From Bacteroidia bacterium (GTDB lineage: Bacteria > Bacteroidota > Bacteroidia > M30B66), in contig OZ257142.1 of NCBI GenBank assembly GCA_965279035.1, forward strand, positions 2,528,001 to 2,592,000: DNA of 64,000 nt. The letters are read 5' to 3'. The translations under genes and the position numbers were made by a program. Of this stretch, positions 37,595-46,886 are shown piece by piece. Below the pieces are notes generated by a model. It saw nothing but the letters and a program-made list of their open reading frames with translations, did not search any database and was not told the origin of the DNA. Every line of letters begins with the position of its first letter. Positions within the stretch are counted from its first letter, which is position 1.

Positions 37595-38347
37595 ATGAAA
37601 CGTATTTATATAATAGAAGACGAACCATTGGCAATGAGACGCTTGAGTCGTATGATTCAAGAAATACAACCATATTGGGAAATTGTTGGTCATGCAGATA
37701 GCATTGAAAGTGCTGTTTCATATTTAAAATCCAACAGTAAGCCTGATTTATTATTCATGGATATTCAATTAGCTGATGGAATAAGTTTTAGCATATTTGA
37801 ACAAATTGAGATTAACATACCAGTGATTTTTACAACTGCCTATGATGATTATACATTAAAAGCATTCAAAGTAAATAGTGTAGATTATTTATTAAAACCA
37901 ATTGACTCCATTGAATTGCAAGCTGCAATTTCAAAATTCAATTCAAGATCAATTGAACAAATCCCCAATATTGCAGCATTATTAAGTTCTTTTAATCAAG
38001 AAATAAAGTATCGAAGTCGTTTTTTATTGACTAAAGGCGATTCATTAATTCCAGTTAATACAAATGAAATAGCATGGATTATTGCTGAAGATAAACTAGT
38101 CTTTCTAATGCAAAAATCTGGTGTTAAATCGATTTTCCCTTATACATTAGATGATTTACAAACTCAATTAAATCCTCAAGATTTTTTTCGTATAAACCGA
38201 TCTGTATTGGCTCATCGAAACTGTATTCATAAGGCGGAATTACATTTTAACGGGAAAATTAAAATTCAACTCAATCCTTCATTAGAAACTGATTTATTTG
38301 TAAGTAGAGAAAAAGCTACAAATTTTAAAAATTGGTGGGGGGAATAA
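37595..38347 (+). CDS. LytTR-family response regulator
   Basis: IEDE, MDIQLADG, FTTAYD, DYLLKP receiver; FFRINRS, VSREK LytTR domain. Confidence 0.95.
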   Translation: MKRIYIIEDEPLAMRRLSRMIQEIQPYWEIVGHADSIESAVSYLKSNSKPDLLFMDIQLADGISFSIFEQIEINIPVIFTTAYDDYTLKAFKVNSVDYLLKPIDSIELQAAISKFNSRSIEQIPNIAALLSSFNQEIKYRSRFLLTKGDSLIPVNTNEIAWIIAEDKLVFLMQKSGVKSIFPYTLDDLQTQLNPQDFFRINRSVLAHRNCIHKAELHFNGKIKIQLNPSLETDLFVSREKATNFKNWWGE

Positions 38348-38382
38348 TTCTTTTTCTTGTAAATAAAGATTATATTTTATTA

Positions 38383-39060
38383 TCAATTATTTATTTTCAA
38401 ATAATCCAACAATCCATTTTTCATTACAAAAAGCACCAAACCTGTTTTTGATTTAATAGAGAATTTATTAAAAACTGAATCTCTATAACCATCCACAGTT
38501 CTACGATGAACTCCCATCATATACCCTATTTGCTCATAAGTATATTCTTCTTCATTGCAAACTAATAATAAAAACTCCTTTTCTCTTTTAGTTAGTTGAG
38601 ATAATAAATCCGATTGAGGGTTATTATTAATTAATGAATTTTCATTCCTCAAAGCATGGGCTAATAAGTCATTATGATAGTATCCACGAGTAAAAATATC
38701 ATTTAATGCTTCACCCAAAACGGTTGCAGTACAGTTTTTAGGTAAATAACCTCTTGCTCCAGACCGAAAAAGCTTAATATGTTTATTTTCATCATCATTC
38801 AATGTTAATATTAAAACAGGTATCGAATATCCTCTTGAATTCATCTCATCCAAAACCTGATCTCCATGCATTTCTGGCATCGATAAATCCATAATAATTA
38901 GATCGAAATCAACATTATTTTCAAGATATTTAAGCAAATCAGTTCCTAAATCAAACTCAACTGATATTTCATAAGGACCTATTTTTTCAATAAGCTCTCT
39001 TAAGCCATTTCGGACAACTACATGATCATCAACAAGAATGATTCTTTTCTTAGGCGTCAT
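38383..39060 (-). CDS. NarL/LuxR-family response regulator
   Basis: LVDDH, MDLSMP, GYLPK; HTH YEQIGYMMGVHRRTVDGYRD. Confidence 0.93.
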   Translation of the reverse strand: MTPKKRIILVDDHVVVRNGLRELIEKIGPYEISVEFDLGTDLLKYLENNVDFDLIIMDLSMPEMHGDQVLDEMNSRGYSIPVLILTLNDDENKHIKLFRSGARGYLPKNCTATVLGEALNDIFTRGYYHNDLLAHALRNENSLINNNPQSDLLSQLTKREKEFLLLVCNEEEYTYEQIGYMMGVHRRTVDGYRDSVFNKFSIKSKTGLVLFVMKNGLLDYLKINN

Positions 39061-39844
39061 GATTCACAGTATTTTTAAGAGAAAGGGTTAGTTTAGTTCC
39101 TTTATCAATATTAGATTCAATATGAAGATTCATTTGTGCTAAACTAGCACGTTTAATCATATTATTTAAACCAGATGCCTTTTTAGAATAATTTACCTGG
39201 TCTAATTGAAAACCACATCCATCATCTTCTACTTGAACAAGATAGGTATCAAAATTAAATCGAATAGTAACTGTATTAGCCGCAGAATGCTTAATAGCAT
39301 TATTAATGATTTCTTGAAATATTCGAAATGCCATTAATTGTTGGTTTTTATCTATTTCTAATGAAGAATTGGATTCGCCAACATTAAATTGAATTGACTT
39401 TTTTGATATAATTTTCAATCGATCTACTTCTAATGCAATAGCCTCATACAAATCTAATTGTTGAACAAATTCAGAATTCAACGAACGACTGAGCATTCGA
39501 AGTTGTTCAGAAGCTTGAACAAGGTACTTTTCGATAGGAGTAAATACAGAAACCAAGCTTGGGTCATCTATCTTCTTATTTTCAATTAATAAACGCATAT
39601 AGGTTAATGTATGTCCTACGTTATCATGAATCTCTCTTGAAAAATAATTCATCAATTGCTCACGAACTTCTAATTCAGCATCTCTTAACTCTTTTTCATA
39701 AGCCAACTCTAACTTGGAAATTTGAATGTTCTGAGCTAGTCGTTGCTTATAAGAAACAATTACACTAAATACTACCCCACCAACAAGTAATAAAATGACT
39801 AAAGTAACTCCTAAAATACCTATATAAATTTCATTTGAACTCAT
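39050..39844 (-). CDS. Minimal single-TM HisKA_3 sensor histidine kinase
   Basis: One N-terminal TM, SREIHDNVGH H-box, QEIINNAIKHS, DDGCGF, GLNNM..RA, GT. Confidence 0.92.
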   Translation of the reverse strand: MSSNEIYIGILGVTLVILLLVGGVVFSVIVSYKQRLAQNIQISKLELAYEKELRDAELEVREQLMNYFSREIHDNVGHTLTYMRLLIENKKIDDPSLVSVFTPIEKYLVQASEQLRMLSRSLNSEFVQQLDLYEAIALEVDRLKIISKKSIQFNVGESNSSLEIDKNQQLMAFRIFQEIINNAIKHSAANTVTIRFNFDTYLVQVEDDGCGFQLDQVNYSKKASGLNNMIKRASLAQMNLHIESNIDKGTKLTLSLKNTVNHDA

Positions 39845-40488
39845 TGAGAAATGTATTTTTTATTAAATTTTAGCTCGTAAAAGATGATTATAAATGCAAC
39901 TGATATTAGAAAATAACGGATAATCACAATATTTCTATTTACAATATCGAATAATTCATCAGTCAATTGTAGGTTATTATGCAATAAATATTCTCGACAA
40001 ATAAATAGTGGGGTTACAGCACAAAAATATACAATATGAGCAATTGAAATCAAAATCATTGGGTTCTTAAAAATCGATTTCTCACCATTGGGTTCAATAA
40101 TTATAAACATATTGATTGAACCTATTAAAATGAACCCAATAATCAAAAGATATGTATTAAATACATATATGCTATTCCAATAAAATGAACATAATGCAAA
40201 AATTAAATAAAATAGCATTATTATATTCAGCCTATTATTCCAAGTTCTTTTCTTAAAATAAAGCATAGCACTGCCTCCTAATAGGAGAACCTCAAGAATC
40301 ATATATACATTGTAAATTTCATAATTTGATCCAGTCAATCTTCCATACCATTCAGCATAAAAATCAGTAAGTAAGCTCATTCCCAAATGAATAAAAATTA
40401 ATGAGTATTGTAATTTTATCTTTGGAAGAGAAAGGATTCCAATAGTAAGCCCTAAAAATTGAAATATATAATCTAGAAAAATCCTCAC
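39841..40488 (-). CDS. ~7-TM membrane protein, putative stand-alone sensor subunit
   Basis: Hydrophobic throughout; NYEIYNVYMILE motif; stop overlaps kinase start (ATGA); GTG start. Confidence 0.8.
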   Translation of the reverse strand: MRIFLDYIFQFLGLTIGILSLPKIKLQYSLIFIHLGMSLLTDFYAEWYGRLTGSNYEIYNVYMILEVLLLGGSAMLYFKKRTWNNRLNIIMLFYLIFALCSFYWNSIYVFNTYLLIIGFILIGSINMFIIIEPNGEKSIFKNPMILISIAHIVYFCAVTPLFICREYLLHNNLQLTDELFDIVNRNIVIIRYFLISVAFIIIFYELKFNKKYISQ

Positions 40489-40508
40489 TTAAAATTATTT
40501 ATTAAAAG

Positions 40509-41414
40509 CTATTGAGAAACAGCCCCATTAATAACATTTATCTTTGAACATTTTGTTGGACAAAGCCTATTGAAATTTGCTGCTTTATTAATAAAATTTC
40601 CTTGTGTTGGATTACTCCCCGGCTTTACTACTTCTGAAGTCATTACTATGGAATGTCTGAAATCATCTGAATTAGATGTAAGAGAATGTGACATTGAATA
40701 GAAATAAATATCAGGATGGGCTGTCCCAATATTGTTATTGGCATACAATAAATCAATCAATTGAATTGGAAAAAATGATGATCTTGCATCACTATCTATC
40801 GAAAATGGTTTGAAATTCGTTTCTTTATTATGCTTAATATATATAGAATCTGTATAGCGATTAAATCGTGTGATAGCATCATTTAACTCACTATCATCAT
40901 TATTTATTTTAGTAAGATTACCTCCGACCAATGTATATATATCAAAAACATTGCTTCGTATTAATTCAATAATATTCCCAGAACTTTCTGACAAATCATA
41001 CTCTGTACTAACTTTTAAATCTTGGTAAGCATAAACGGGTACATAATATAATTTAATTTCATTGTTGCTCTCCAATGTATAGTAAATTTTCAAACCTTTA
41101 AAATATTTACCAGTATAATAAGGTCTCATAGCATCAGCCATCGATTTTATATCTTCATATGCTACTTGCTCAACTTGTGTTTTATCAAAAACAGTTGTAT
41201 TAGCTCCATATGCAAAATGATGTTTGAAGGTATCAATACCAGCTATTAAACTATCAAAATGAAATTCATGTACACTGAGATTCAAGGAAATTTCAGTTCC
41301 TGCTTGAATTTGATAGGATTCTTCCTTATCCAAAAAGGACGAATTAGAACTAATTAATTTTCCTGCAATCACAATCGCAAAAGCAACAGTCAATAACAAA
41401 ATTGGATTTTTCAT
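40509..41414 (-). CDS. Secreted hypothetical protein with C-terminal CPxxC motif
   Basis: N-terminal hydrophobic signal; only two Cys, in KAANFNRLCPTKC near the C-terminus; ATG at 41414. Confidence 0.8.
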   Translation of the reverse strand: MKNPILLLTVAFAIVIAGKLISSNSSFLDKEESYQIQAGTEISLNLSVHEFHFDSLIAGIDTFKHHFAYGANTTVFDKTQVEQVAYEDIKSMADAMRPYYTGKYFKGLKIYYTLESNNEIKLYYVPVYAYQDLKVSTEYDLSESSGNIIELIRSNVFDIYTLVGGNLTKINNDDSELNDAITRFNRYTDSIYIKHNKETNFKPFSIDSDARSSFFPIQLIDLLYANNNIGTAHPDIYFYSMSHSLTSNSDDFRHSIVMTSEVVKPGSNPTQGNFINKAANFNRLCPTKCSKINVINGAVSQ

Positions 41415-41747
41415 TTTCAAATATAGTTGAATTCGTTGTTTAGAAAAGAATTTTAAGATTCACCAAATCTTGAAAAATGAATCGAATATAAATAGGGTTC
41501 TTTCATCAAATACATTACGTGTAAAACACCTGTATTCTTTATTAAATCTTTCTATCCCTCGTTATTAAGTAGCAAATGCATATCCTTAACATATAATCAT
41601 TCTATTTCTAATAATCTATCCACATCTAAAACATAAATCATCAATCTTCCATAATTTATATCAACTAAACGAAATACTTTTTCAAGAAAAGTATTTTTAC
41701 AATTGTCTTCAAATACTGTGTATTTTAGTCGAACTAACATCATCATT

Positions 41748-43334
41748 ATGAATAAACTTCACCTTTTTATACAATGCACCATCTGGTTTTCTATCCAATT
41801 AAATGCTCAAAACTTTGAATGGATTCAAACAGATACAATTTTACATAATCTATCAGGTAGCAATCAAGAAATTCCAGTCTTTGCAACTGAAGATGCTGTA
41901 TATCAAGCTCGATTGGACTCGACTAGTTTAATTTATGATCAATATGACTTTGGTAAATGTGTCATTGAAGAAAGAACAAACCAAGGCGAACTAATCTGGC
42001 AATATTCAATTGGTGATTCAGTTTCTGTTCGTGATTTGGTTGTAGATGATTCTGGGAATGTATTTATCGGTGGACTGTTTCTCAAACGTTTCATTTCAGT
42101 TGGCCATACTCCAACGAGTAATACACAAGCAAATCAACCATATAGCTATAACATGTTCCTGTTATGCATTCATCCGAATGGTACATTTAACTGGATTCGA
42201 AATTTGAGTATTGGACTGAATGGATTAGAAAATGAAAAATTAGATGCTCTTGCAATAGATAATCAAAATCGATGCTGGTATGGCTATAATAATTTTGCGA
42301 AAATAAATATTCGTCGAATTAATGCTTTAGGTGAGGATGTTCAAACGTATTTAATTGATAAAGGATTGATTTTAGGTGATATGGATTTTGACAATCAGGG
42401 CAATTTATTTCTCGCTGGTGCTGTAGGAAATGGTCCCTTAACAATCAACTCTACCTCTTATCCAGTACCTTTTTCTTATAATTTTTTTGTCTCTAAAATC
42501 AATGCTTCAGGCCTAAGTGAATGGACCAATTTTTATGAAGATATTTCTTTTCAAACACCCTCTATCGACATTGATCCCGATGGGAATCCCGTTTTTTCAG
42601 CTCAGCTTTTTCAAAGCATGATAGTGGATACGTTTAACCTTGTACATCCTAATTTTGGAAAGGACTTTATTTTAGCAAAACTCAATACAGACGGTGATTT
42701 ACTTTGGGCTCGAAATGTTCCAAACCAACCGGGTCTTGGTAGTTTTGATTTGTCTTCTCGTAAAGCAATTTCTATTGATACGAATGGGCATATTTGGCTA
42801 GCTGGAGAATTAAGTGGAAGTATAGAATTTGAAAACAATCAAAGCCTGTCTTCTGGAGATATACTCAATACAGATCCCGCCTTTATTCAGTTTAATGCAT
42901 CTGGAATTGCAACAAATACAGCACATGGTGGAAGTCGTGCTCATGATTGGAACTGTGGAATGTGCCTAGCTCCCAATGGAGATATGTACTATACTGCCTT
43001 AGTTCATGATACAATCCATTTTGGCCCACTTGAACTACTATTGCCTTCAACCTATACAACAATTTTGGGTAAATGGACAGCCGATTCCACTGCTTCTATA
43101 TTCAGTCCGACCACTCCTTTACTATTCAATCTATTTCCCAATCCTTCCAATGGAATATTAATGCTAAATGGAGGTATAGCCAATCGAACTCGTATTCTCG
43201 ATTTTCAAGGTAGAATTATTCGTGATTTAAATGGAAATTCAGTTTATGATTTAAGCGACTTAGCAGCTGGTTTATATTTCGTTCAAATTTTTGAAAAAGA
43301 GAATGTTGGAGTATATCGCTGGGTAAAATATTGA
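41748..43334 (+). CDS. T9SS type A sorting-domain protein with beta-propeller-like repeats
   Basis: Repeated D..GN...G and F..K.N..G...W motifs; C-terminal LFPNPSNG...DLSDLAAGLYFV; signal peptide from ATG 41748. Confidence 0.88.
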   Translation: MNKLHLFIQCTIWFSIQLNAQNFEWIQTDTILHNLSGSNQEIPVFATEDAVYQARLDSTSLIYDQYDFGKCVIEERTNQGELIWQYSIGDSVSVRDLVVDDSGNVFIGGLFLKRFISVGHTPTSNTQANQPYSYNMFLLCIHPNGTFNWIRNLSIGLNGLENEKLDALAIDNQNRCWYGYNNFAKINIRRINALGEDVQTYLIDKGLILGDMDFDNQGNLFLAGAVGNGPLTINSTSYPVPFSYNFFVSKINASGLSEWTNFYEDISFQTPSIDIDPDGNPVFSAQLFQSMIVDTFNLVHPNFGKDFILAKLNTDGDLLWARNVPNQPGLGSFDLSSRKAISIDTNGHIWLAGELSGSIEFENNQSLSSGDILNTDPAFIQFNASGIATNTAHGGSRAHDWNCGMCLAPNGDMYYTALVHDTIHFGPLELLLPSTYTTILGKWTADSTASIFSPTTPLLFNLFPNPSNGILMLNGGIANRTRILDFQGRIIRDLNGNSVYDLSDLAAGLYFVQIFEKENVGVYRWVKY

Positions 43335-43358
43335 AGTAAATTCTTAAAACTTTACAGG

Positions 43359-43808
43359 ATGAAATTCATTGAAAATTCAATTATAATTCATGCTTCGATA
43401 GAACGCGTTTGGAATACTTTAACCAAACCTGAAGAAACACGCAAATACATGTTTGGCTGCGAAACGGTGAGTGATTGGAATGTAGGCAGCAGCTTAGTTT
43501 GGAGAGGAGAATATGAAGGCAAGTTGATGGACTTTGTAGTCGGAAAAATCCTAGTGCTTGAACCTTTGAAAAAGTTGGTTTATTCAACTTTTGATCCTTT
43601 CTCAACTATAGAAAATATTCCACAAAATTATCTTCATGTTTCCTATAAATTGGAAGAAATTCCCGAAGGTGTTTTATTTCGTGTAACTCAAGGAGATTAC
43701 GATGAAGTGGCCGATGGCGATCGTCGATACCAAGAAGCATGGAACAATGGACTTGGCTGGTCTCCCATTCTTGCAGAAATTAAGAAGGTAGCCGAGCAGA
43801 CTCTATAA
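43359..43808 (+). CDS. SRPBCC/AHSA1-like domain protein
   Basis: IHASIERVWNTLT.PE, SDWNVGS, GWSPIL..IK. Confidence 0.85.
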   Translation: MKFIENSIIIHASIERVWNTLTKPEETRKYMFGCETVSDWNVGSSLVWRGEYEGKLMDFVVGKILVLEPLKKLVYSTFDPFSTIENIPQNYLHVSYKLEEIPEGVLFRVTQGDYDEVADGDRRYQEAWNNGLGWSPILAEIKKVAEQTL

Positions 43809-44189
43809 ATGCAATTCTCTTTGCAGCGTTTCTTTTTTACCTATTCGATTGCTTTCTCGATGTTGCTGCTTGCCTCCTGCAATAGGAGCGATTGCAATCA
43901 TCCTGCAATGAATTCCGTTTCTGTAACTATCCAAAATAAAAGTTCTCAAACTATTCATTCCCTTGAATTATTTCAAGGTACTAATCACACTAAATTAGGA
44001 CGGCTTGAACTCGATCAAACTGTTTGCTTCAACTATACTTGCGCTGGAGAGAGTACGTTTCGCATTATCGCTGTCCTTCAATCGGGCGATACACTTTTAT
44101 CCGAGAACTATGCCGAAGGTGGCTATCAACTTCATCTAATGATTGAAGATCATGTGATAAAATCTGTGAGGACTTCTCGCTATAATTAA
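43809..44189 (+). CDS. Hypothetical lipoprotein
   Basis: Lipobox LLASC; starts immediately after the SRPBCC stop. Confidence 0.65.
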   Translation: MQFSLQRFFFTYSIAFSMLLLASCNRSDCNHPAMNSVSVTIQNKSSQTIHSLELFQGTNHTKLGRLELDQTVCFNYTCAGESTFRIIAVLQSGDTLLSENYAEGGYQLHLMIEDHVIKSVRTSRYN

Positions 44190-44204
44190 TAATTGAACGA
44201 GAAT

Positions 44205-44807
44205 TCAAATCGGGCTTGCTACTAATGCTGAATTGCCCAAGACCAAATCCCCTCCTCTTAACCACTCCTGCTCCCTATTTTCAGCAATGATCATGGGCAT
44301 TCGCTTCGCTGAATTATGAATCTGACTCATTAATTCGTTGGCTTCGGTGGTGAGGATGGTGTATGTTTTCAGGATTTCACCGGTTGATTTATCTACCCAT
44401 TCGGTCCACAAGCCAGCAAAGGCAAAGGCTTCCCCATTGGGAACTGTAATTTCAAATTTCTGTTTCTTCTTGCCTTTTTCATCCAGCCACTGCCATTCAT
44501 AAAAGCCATCCGCCAGCACTAAACATCGGTTGTTTGTGATGTTTCGGAAAGAAGGCTTCTCCCCTAGTGTTTCGTAACGGGCATTGAGGGTGTTTTTTCG
44601 AAAACTACTGTCTTTTGCCCAAGCAGGAATAAGTCCCCAATTCAGGAGCTCGATTGTTTGGGGATGCAGATGAGTGATGACGGGCGTTTGAGGATATTGA
44701 AATCCGTTGTAGATGCCGGGTGTGTACTGTTCTTCGTGAAGAAATTCAGCTTTAAATCGAACTTTAAGTTCCTGAGCCGATTTGGATTGCTTGGAGTGAA
44801 AACACAT
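44205..44807 (-). CDS. SOS response-associated peptidase (SRAP/YedK/HMCES family)
   Basis: True start MC (Cys2) at 44807, coupled to the umuC stop (TGATG); WGLIP.W, NAR.ET, RCLV.ADGFYEW, IH...RMP. Confidence 0.93.
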   Translation of the reverse strand: MCFHSKQSKSAQELKVRFKAEFLHEEQYTPGIYNGFQYPQTPVITHLHPQTIELLNWGLIPAWAKDSSFRKNTLNARYETLGEKPSFRNITNNRCLVLADGFYEWQWLDEKGKKKQKFEITVPNGEAFAFAGLWTEWVDKSTGEILKTYTILTTEANELMSQIHNSAKRMPMIIAENREQEWLRGGDLVLGNSALVASPI

Positions 44808-46066
44808 CAGGTATGAATGATAATGATATCGCTCAGTTTGGTGGTGTAGCGGGGCGATAGTTTTTCCTGCTTCATTTTCCACACGCGCTTCTGGTCCTGC
44901 GCTGCGAGCCGAATCTTCTGCTGTCCATACATCGCGTTAATCTTATCGACCGCCGTCATGAGCGGAATGTGAAGAGCGTTGCTATTGTCGAAAAGACGTA
45001 ATTGAGTTTTGTCCTGTGGCGTGAAATCCATCACAAGTACGCCCGCTTTTTTGTAGTGATAACCCTCGCGAAAGATATGCTTCAATGCCTGTTTAGCGAA
45101 TTTGGCGAGTTCAATTCCGGAGTTGGTTGCGAAAGGTAGCTTGACCACGATATTCCGGCTGTATTGGGGTAAATCTTTGCGGTGACCGTTGGTATGAATA
45201 AAGACCATGATGGTATTGCAGCAAGACTTCTGTTTGCGGAGTTTCTCAGCGCAGGAAACCGCGAATGTAGCTACGCGCTCCTCGAGTTCGGCGAGTTTGG
45301 TGTAATTGCGTTCGAAGGAGCGTGTGGTGGCGATATTTTTCTTAGGCTGAACCAGTTCAAGATCGAGTGTGGGCGAGCCTTGCAGATCGTGTTTGAGGCG
45401 TAGGCCGACGATAGACATGTGATGTTGCACCCAGGCATCGTGCAGCTGAGTGAAATCGTAGGCTGTTTTCACACCGATGAGCCGAAGCCGTTTGGCGTGC
45501 TGACGACCAATTCCCCATACATCTTCAATCTGAACCCATTTGAGCGCTTTGATGCGTTTTTCCTCGGTGTTGATGAGGTAGGAACTGCCCGTTTCCTTGG
45601 GAAATTTCTTGGCAATCCGATTGGCAATTTTCGCGAGAGCTTTGGTAGGGGCTATTCCAACACTGACCGGTATTCCAGTCCATTTAGTTACCCGGCGCTG
45701 CATGTCTTTCCCGTATTCCTGCAGATTGAAACGTTCGAAACCTTTGAGTTTGAGGAAGGCTTCGTCGATGCTGTATATTTCGATATCGGGTGTGTATTCG
45801 CCCAGGATGTTCATCACCCGCTGACTCATATCGCCATAGAGCGGGAAATTGGCGGAGAAAACGTGTACCTGATGTTGCACAAACAGCGCTTCGTATTCGA
45901 ATGCTGGGGCGCCCATGGGAATTCCAACGGCTTTGGCTTCGTTGCTGCGGGCAATCACGCAACCGTCGTTGTTCGACAGCACCACAATGGGTTTACCGAT
46001 GAGTTCGGGGCGAAAAACCCGCTCACAGGAAGCGTAAAAGTTGTTGCAATCAATGAGGGCAAACAT
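44807..46066 (-). CDS. umuC: Y-family DNA polymerase V catalytic subunit
   Basis: [27 protein letters not shown]-terminal [14 protein letters not shown]. Confidence 0.95.
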   Translation of the reverse strand: MFALIDCNNFYASCERVFRPELIGKPIVVLSNNDGCVIARSNEAKAVGIPMGAPAFEYEALFVQHQVHVFSANFPLYGDMSQRVMNILGEYTPDIEIYSIDEAFLKLKGFERFNLQEYGKDMQRRVTKWTGIPVSVGIAPTKALAKIANRIAKKFPKETGSSYLINTEEKRIKALKWVQIEDVWGIGRQHAKRLRLIGVKTAYDFTQLHDAWVQHHMSIVGLRLKHDLQGSPTLDLELVQPKKNIATTRSFERNYTKLAELEERVATFAVSCAEKLRKQKSCCNTIMVFIHTNGHRKDLPQYSRNIVVKLPFATNSGIELAKFAKQALKHIFREGYHYKKAGVLVMDFTPQDKTQLRLFDNSNALHIPLMTAVDKINAMYGQQKIRLAAQDQKRVWKMKQEKLSPRYTTKLSDIIIIHT

Positions 46067-46515
46067 TAGAACGATTTAATCACGTGCGTGACGATTCCCC
46101 AGATGAGAAAGTCGTTTTCGGCGGTTACTTGAATGGGTTTGTAGAGTTCGTTGGCGGGCATGAGCCAGCATTCTTTTTTATCGATGCGAATGCGTTTGAT
46201 GGTGAATTCTCCATCGAGGTAACACACGGCAATTTTTCCATCGGCAGGTTGCAGACTTTTATCAATCACAAGCAAATCGCCATCGTTAATACCTTCATCT
46301 TTCATCGATTGACCTTTCACTCGACCGTAGAAGGTGGAAGAAGGATGTTTGATGAGGTGCTTGTTGAGATCGATGGTGAGATCGGTGAAATCCATTGCCG
46401 GCGAGGGAAAGCCCGCGCTAATGCCATCGGAAACGAGGGGCAAATCGAGTGCTGTATCCGAAAGAGCGGAATAGATATCGAGTGTATTGGAAGAATGTAA
46501 TTTGAGAGCAGCCAT
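46066..46515 (-). CDS. umuD: DNA polymerase V accessory subunit (S24 autopeptidase)
   Basis: SAGFPSPA cleavage region, GQSM catalytic Ser, FTIKR Lys; no LexA DNA-binding domain. Confidence 0.94.
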   Translation of the reverse strand: MAALKLHSSNTLDIYSALSDTALDLPLVSDGISAGFPSPAMDFTDLTIDLNKHLIKHPSSTFYGRVKGQSMKDEGINDGDLLVIDKSLQPADGKIAVCYLDGEFTIKRIRIDKKECWLMPANELYKPIQVTAENDFLIWGIVTHVIKSF

Positions 46516-46688
46516 GCGCAGATGAGCAAGGCGGAAACTGGTGTATTACTGGCATTTACCAGCTAACGAACTCCTCCCTGCTACTTGTGCAAGATACGAA
46601 AGGAGTAGAATGAAGATCGACTATGAATGAAAAAATACAGAACGATTCCAAGGACGTTGGAACGCTGTTGCAAAACGTTTGAAGAGAA

Positions 46689-46886
46689 TCACAGAGATTC
46701 TTCGTCTTGACTTTCGTCGTAGCGAAGATGTTCAAGCAAATCAGCTATTTTGAGAATATTTTGCTTCTCCTCATGACTCAAAACGGGGACGCTCGAAACA
46801 CCTTGATCAACAAAAAGGGGGTTTGTAGAAATGATTCCTTTCTGATCGAAGGGTTTTGCGGAGGATATGGCTTGATTCCTTTTCAT
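46689..46886 (-). CDS. Small hypothetical protein
   Basis: 65-aa ORF whose ATG overlaps the kinase stop (ATGA). Confidence 0.45.
   Translation of the reverse strand: MKRNQAISSAKPFDQKGIISTNPLFVDQGVSSVPVLSHEEKQNILKIADLLEHLRYDESQDEESL

Noticed and set aside
44808-44882. N-terminal extension of SRAP given by the ORF track
   Set aside because: SRAP needs Cys2 at the mature N-terminus; ATG at 44807 gives MC and couples to the umuC stop
46066-46515. LexA repressor
   Set aside because: No N-terminal winged HTH; size and coupling to umuC indicate UmuD
45182-46529. Long antisense/alternate-frame ORFs over umuDC (e.g. 45419-46069, 46084-46500)
   Set aside because: Expected shadow ORFs in GC-richer DNA opposite clearly conserved genes; no recognisable motifs
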